Source: Auanema rhodensis
Taxonomy: Eukaryota > Animalia > Nematoda
Assembly (NCBI GenBank): GCA_964057225.1
Contig: OZ059898.1
Coordinates: 18,290,001-18,354,000, forward strand
Length of the DNA: 64,000 bases
Direction: 5' to 3'
The notes beneath the pieces are model-generated. The model saw nothing but the letters and a program-made list of their open reading frames with translations. It was not told the DNA's origin and did not search any database. The translations under genes and the position numbers were made by a program. The stretch's first letter is position 1. The number at the start of each line of letters is the position of its first letter. Of this stretch, positions 58,558 through 64,000 are shown piece after piece.

Positions 58558-58568
58558 CCATTTTTTTT
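58558..58568. other. Inversion junction with 11-bp non-consensus filler CCATTTTTTTT
   Basis: The forward monomer stops at ...TTTTCACCCT (58557), where consensus would continue GAAGAA. The reverse monomer resumes at ACATTTTGAC (58569). Confidence 0.93.
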
Positions 58569-61500
58569 ACATTTTGACAAAAATTTTTTCGAAAAATTTC
58601 AAAATAATTTAGCAAAAAGTAGATGTTTTTAGATTCCTTTTTTCAAGGCAAAGACGATGGACAATGTTATTCAACGAAAAAATTAATTCTTCAGGGTGAA
58701 AATCGAGGATATAAGTGTGAACTTATATCAGTTGATATCTCGGTGCATTTTTAAGCTAGCGCGAATCTGATAACACAGATCGACGCAGCTTAAAAATCCG
58801 CATCAAATGCACTATACTACATTGAGAAACGCTTAATACAAAAATTAGTTATGATTGTTCGAAAAATGATGCATTAGTGTATGTTGAGTTTCCATGTTCA
58901 CTCAACATTGCTTCCAAAAACATTTTGACAAAAATTTTTTCGAAAAATTTCAGAATAATTTAGCAAAAAGTAGATGTTTTTAGATTCCTTTTTTCAAGGC
59001 AAAGACGATGGACAATGTTATTCAACGAAAAAAATAATTCTTCAGGGTGAAAATCGAGGATATAAGTGTGAACTTATATCAGTTGATATCTCGGTGCATT
59101 TTTAAGCTAGCGCAAATCTGATAACACAGATCGACGCAGCTTAAAAATCCGCATCGAATGCACTATACTACATTGAGAAACGCTTAATACAAAAATTAGT
59201 TATGATCGTTTGAAAAATGATGCATTAGTGTATGTTGAGTTTCCATGTACACTCAACATTGCTTCCAAAAACATTTTGACAAAAATTTTTTCGAAAAATT
59301 TCAAAATAATTTAGCAAAAAGTAGATGTTTTTAGATTCCTTTTTTCAAGGCAAAGACGATGGACAATGTTATTCAACGAAAAAATTAATTCTTCAGGGTG
59401 AAAATCGAGGATATAAGTGTGAACTTATATCAGTTGATATCTCGGTGCATTTTTAAGCTAGCGCGAATCTGATAACACAGATCGACGCAGCTTAAAAATC
59501 CGCATCAAATGCACTATACTACATTGAGAAACGCTTAATACAAAAATTAGTTATGATTGTTCGAAAAATGATGCATTAGTGTATGTTGAGTTTCCATGTT
59601 CACTCAACATTGCTTCCAAAAACATTTTGACAAAAATTTTTTCGAAAAATTTCAAAATAATTTAGCAAAAAGTAGATGTTTTTAGATTCCTTTTTTCAAG
59701 GCAAAGACAATGGACAATGTTATTCAACGAAAAAAATAATTCTTCAGGGTGAAAATCGAGGATATAAGTGTGAACTTATATCAGTTGATATCTCGGTGCA
59801 TTTTTAAGCTAGCGCAAATCTGATAACACAGATCGACGCAGCTTAAAAATCCGCATCGAATGCACTATACTACATTGAGAAACGCTTAATACAAAAATTA
59901 GTTATGATCGTTTGAAAAATGATGCATTAGTGTATGTTGAGTTTCCATGTACACTCAACATTGCTTCCAAAAACATTTTGACAAAAATTTTTTCGAAAAA
60001 TTTCAAAATAATTTAGCAAAAAGTAGATGTTTTTAGATTCCTTTTTTCAAGGCAAAGACGATGGACAATGTTATTCAACGAAAAAATTAATTCTTCAGGG
60101 TGAAAATCGAGGATATAAGTGTGAACTTATATCAGTTGATATCTCGGTGCATTTTTAAGCTAGCGCGAATCTGATAACACAGATCGACGCAGCTTAAAAA
60201 TCCGCATCAAATGCACTATACTACATTGAGAAACGCTTAATACAAAAATTAGTTATGATTGTTCGAAAAATGATGCATTAGTGTATGTTGAGTTTCCATG
60301 TTCACTCAACATTGCTTCCAAAAACATTTTGACAAAAATTTTTTCGAAAAATTTCAGAATAATTTAGCAAAAAGTAGATGTTTTTAGATTCCTTTTTTCA
60401 AGGCAAAGACGATGGACAATGTTATTCAACGAAAAAAATAATTCTTCAGGGTGAAAATCGAGGATATAAGTGTGAACTTATATCAGTTGATATCTCGGTG
60501 CATTTTTAAGCTAGCGCAAATCTGATAACACAGATCGACGCAGCTTAAAAATCCGCATCGAATGCACTATACTACATTGAGAAACGCTTAATACAAAAAT
60601 TAGTTATGATCGTTTGAAAAATGATGCATTAGTGTATGTTGAGTTTCCATGTACACTCAACATTGCTTCCAAAAACATTTTGACAAAAATTTTTTCGAAA
60701 AATTTCAAAATAATTTAGCAAAAAGTAGATGTTTTTAGATTCCTTTTTTCAAGGCAAAGACGATGGACAATGTTATTCAACGAAAAAATTAATTCTTCAG
60801 GGTGAAAATCGAGGATATAAGTGTGAACTTATATCAGTTGATATCTCGGTGCATTTTTAAGCTAGCGCGAATCTGATAACACAGATCGACGCAGCTTAAA
60901 AATCCGCATCAAATGCACTATACTACATTGAGAAACGCTTAATACAAAAATTAGTTATGATTGTTCGAAAAATGATGCATTAGTGTATGTTGAGTTTCCA
61001 TGTTCACTCAACATTGCTTCCAAAAACATTTTGACAAAAATTTTTTCGAAAAATTTCAAAATAATTTAGCAAAAAGTAGATGTTTTTAGATTCCGCATCG
61101 AATGCACTATACTACATTGAGAAACGCTTAATACAAAAATTAGTTATGATCGTTTGAAAAATGATGCATTAGTGTATGTTGAGTTTCCATGTACACTCAA
61201 CATTGCTTCCAAAAACATTTTGACAAAAATTTTTTCGAAAAATTTCAAAATAATTTAGCAAAAAGTAGATGTTTTTAGATTCCTTTTTTCAAGGCAAAGA
61301 CGATGGACAATGTTATTCAACGAAAAAATTAATTCTTCAGGGTGAAAATCGAGGATATAAGTGTGAACTTATATCAGTTGATATCTCGGTGCATTTTTAA
61401 GCTAGCGCAAATCTGATAACACAGATCGACGCAGCTTAAAAATCCGCATCAAATGCACTATACTACATTGAGAAACGCTTAATACAAAAATTAGTTATGA

Positions 61501-64000
61501 TTGTTCGAAAAATGATGCATTAGTGTATGTTGAGTTTCCATGTTCACTCAACATTGCTTCCAAAAACATTTTGACAAAAATTTTTTCGAAAAATTTCAAA
61601 ATAATTTAGCAAAAAGTAGATGTTTTTAGATTCCTTTTTTCAAGGCAAAGACGATGGACAATGTTATTCAACAAAAAAATTAATTCTTCAGGGTGAAAAT
61701 CGAGGATATAAGTGTGAACTTATAAATTAGTGTATGAAAAATTAGTGTATGTTGAGTTTCCATGTACACTCAACATTGCTTCCAAAAACATTTTGACAAA
61801 AATTTTTTCGAAACATTTCAAAATAATTTAGCAAAAAGTAGATGTTTTTAGATTCCTTTTTTCAAGGCAAAGACGATGGACAATGTTATTCAACGAAAAA
61901 AATAATTCTTCAGGGTGAAAATCGAGGATATAAGTGTGAACTTATATCAGTTGATATCTCGGTGCATTTTTAGGCTAGCGCAAATCTGATAACACAGATC
62001 GACGCAGCTTAAAAATCCGCATCGAATGCACTATACTACATTGAGAAACGCTTAATACAAAAATTAGTTATGATCGTTTGACTAATGATGCACTAGTGTA
62101 TGTTGAGTTTCCATGTACACTCAACATTGCTTCCAAAAACATTTTGACAAAAATTTTTTCGAAAAATTTCAGAATAATTTAGCAAAAAGTAGATGTTTTT
62201 AGATTTCTTTTTTCAAGGCAAAGACGATAGACAATGTTATTCAACAAAAAAATTAATTCTTCAGGGTGAAAATCGAGGATATAAGTGTGAACTTATATCA
62301 GTTGATATCTCGGTGCATTTTTAAGCTAGCGCAAATCTGATAACACAGATCGACGCAGCTTAAAAATCCGCATCAAATGCACTATACTACATTGAGAAAC
62401 GCTTAATACAAAAATTAGTTATGATTGTTCGAAAAATGATGCATTAGTGTATGTTGAGTTTCCATGTTCACTCAACATTGCTTCCAAAAACATTTTGACA
62501 AAAATTTTTTCGAAAAATTTCAGAATAATTTAGCAAAAAGTAGATGTTTTTAGATTCCTTTTTTCAAGGCAAAGACGATGGACAATGTTATTCAACGAAA
62601 AAAATAATTCTTCAGGGTGAAAATCGAGGATATAAGTGTGAACTTATATCAGTTGATATCTCGGTGCATTTTTAAGCTAGCGCAAATCTGATAACACAGA
62701 TCGACGCAGCTTAAAAATCCGCATCGAATGCACTATACTACATTGAGAAACGCTTAATACAAAAATTAGTTATGATCGTTTGAAAAATGATGCATTAGTG
62801 TATGTTGAGTTTCCATGTACACTCAACATTGCTTCCAAAAACATTTTGACAAAAATTTTTTCGAAAAATTTCAAAATAATTTAGCAAAAAGTAGATGTTT
62901 TTAGATTCCTTTTTTCAAGGCAAAGACGATGGACAATGTTATTCAACGAAAAAATTAATTCTTCAGGGTGAAAATCGAGGATATAAGTGTGAACTTATAT
63001 CAGTTGATATCTCGGTGCATTTTTAAGCTAGCGCGAATCTGATAACACAGATCGACGCAGCTTAAAAATCCGCATCAAATGCACTATACTACATTGAGAA
63101 ACGCTTAATACAAAAATTAGTTATGATTGTTCGAAAAATGATGCATTAGTGTATGTTGAGTTTCCATGTTCACTCAACATTGCTTCCAAAAACATTTTGA
63201 CAAAAATTTTTTCGAAAAATTTCAAAATAATTTAGCAAAAAGTAGATGTTTTTAGATTCCGCATCGAATGCACTATACTACATTGAGAAACGCTTAATAC
63301 AAAAATTAGTTATGATCGTTTGAAAAATGATGCATTAGTGTATGTTGAGTTTCCATGTACACTCAACATTGCTTCCAAAAACATTTTGACAAAAATTTTT
63401 TCGAAAAATTTCAAAATAATTTAGCAAAAAGTAGATGTTTTTAGATTCCTTTTTTCAAGGCAAAGACGATGGACAATGTTATTCAACGAAAAAATTAATT
63501 CTTCAGGGTGAAAATCGAGGATATAAGTGTGAACTTATATCAGTTGATATCTCGGTGCATTTTTAAGCTAGCGCAAATCTGATAACACAGATCGACGCAG
63601 CTTAAAAATCCGCATCAAATGCACTATACTACATTGAGAAACGCTTAATACAAAAATTAGTTATGATTGTTCGAAAAATGATGCATTAGTGTATGTTGAG
63701 TTTCCATGTTCACTCAACATTGCTTCCAAAAACATTTTGACAAAAATTTTTTCGAAAAATTTCAAAATAATTTAGCAAAAAGTAGATGTTTTTAGATTCC
63801 TTTTTTCAAGGCAAAGACGATGGACAATGTTATTCAACAAAAAAATTAATTCTTCAGGGTGAAAATCGAGGATATAAGTGTGAACTTATAAATTAGTGTA
63901 TGAAAAATTAGTGTATGTTGAGTTTCCATGTACACTCAACATTGCTTCCAAAAACATTTTGACAAAAATTTTTTCGAAACATTTCAAAATAATTTAGCAA
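58569..64000 (-). repeat. Same 351-bp satellite in inverted orientation (~16 monomers including deleted ones; continues beyond the window end)
   Basis: From 58569 the sequence ACATTTTGACAAAAATTTTTTCGAAAAATTTCAAAATAATTTAGC... is the exact reverse complement of the monomer. Confidence 0.99.
60168..64000 (-). repeat. 2166-bp higher-order repeat (7 monomers minus 162 and 129 bp), ~1.8 copies visible
   Basis: The deletion junction at 61094/63260 and the deletion-plus-insertion junction at 61724/63890 both recur at a 2166-bp offset; 7x351-162-129=2166. Confidence 0.9.

Noticed and set aside
58558-58568. Poly(A) tail of a retroelement insertion at the junction
   Set aside because: The T8 run has no element body or target-site duplication, and it is better explained as junction filler.
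1-64000. CRISPR-like array (palindromic repeats at regular spacing)
   Set aside because: There are no unique spacers; the entire 351-bp unit is repeated, and there are no cas genes.

Overview
The whole 64 kb window is one non-coding, AT-rich (about 31% GC, hand count of the first monomer) tandem satellite array with a 351-bp monomer. This is typical of eukaryotic (peri)centromeric or heterochromatic DNA; I cannot assign the species or family. About 167 monomers run head-to-tail on + from 1 to 58557. After an 11-bp junction (CCATTTTTTTT), the array flips to the - strand for the remaining ~5.4 kb. The first ~2.5 kb of the inverted block mirrors 55103-57628 almost perfectly, giving a large spaced palindrome that looks like a fold-back. 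The inverted block then carries a 2166-bp higher-order repeat containing two internally deleted monomers: one with 3-bp microhomology and one with a templated insertion. The forward part is a succession of short-lived local higher-order repeats (2-, 3-, 5-, 6-mers), domain-specific SNP alleles and an in-register ectopic copy (gene-conversion-like tract). The monomer is built from several dyad symmetries, and some variants perfect hairpins, as expected from quasi-palindrome template switching. I found no credible genes, RNA genes or CRISPR arrays; the listed ORFs are by-products of repeat SNPs.
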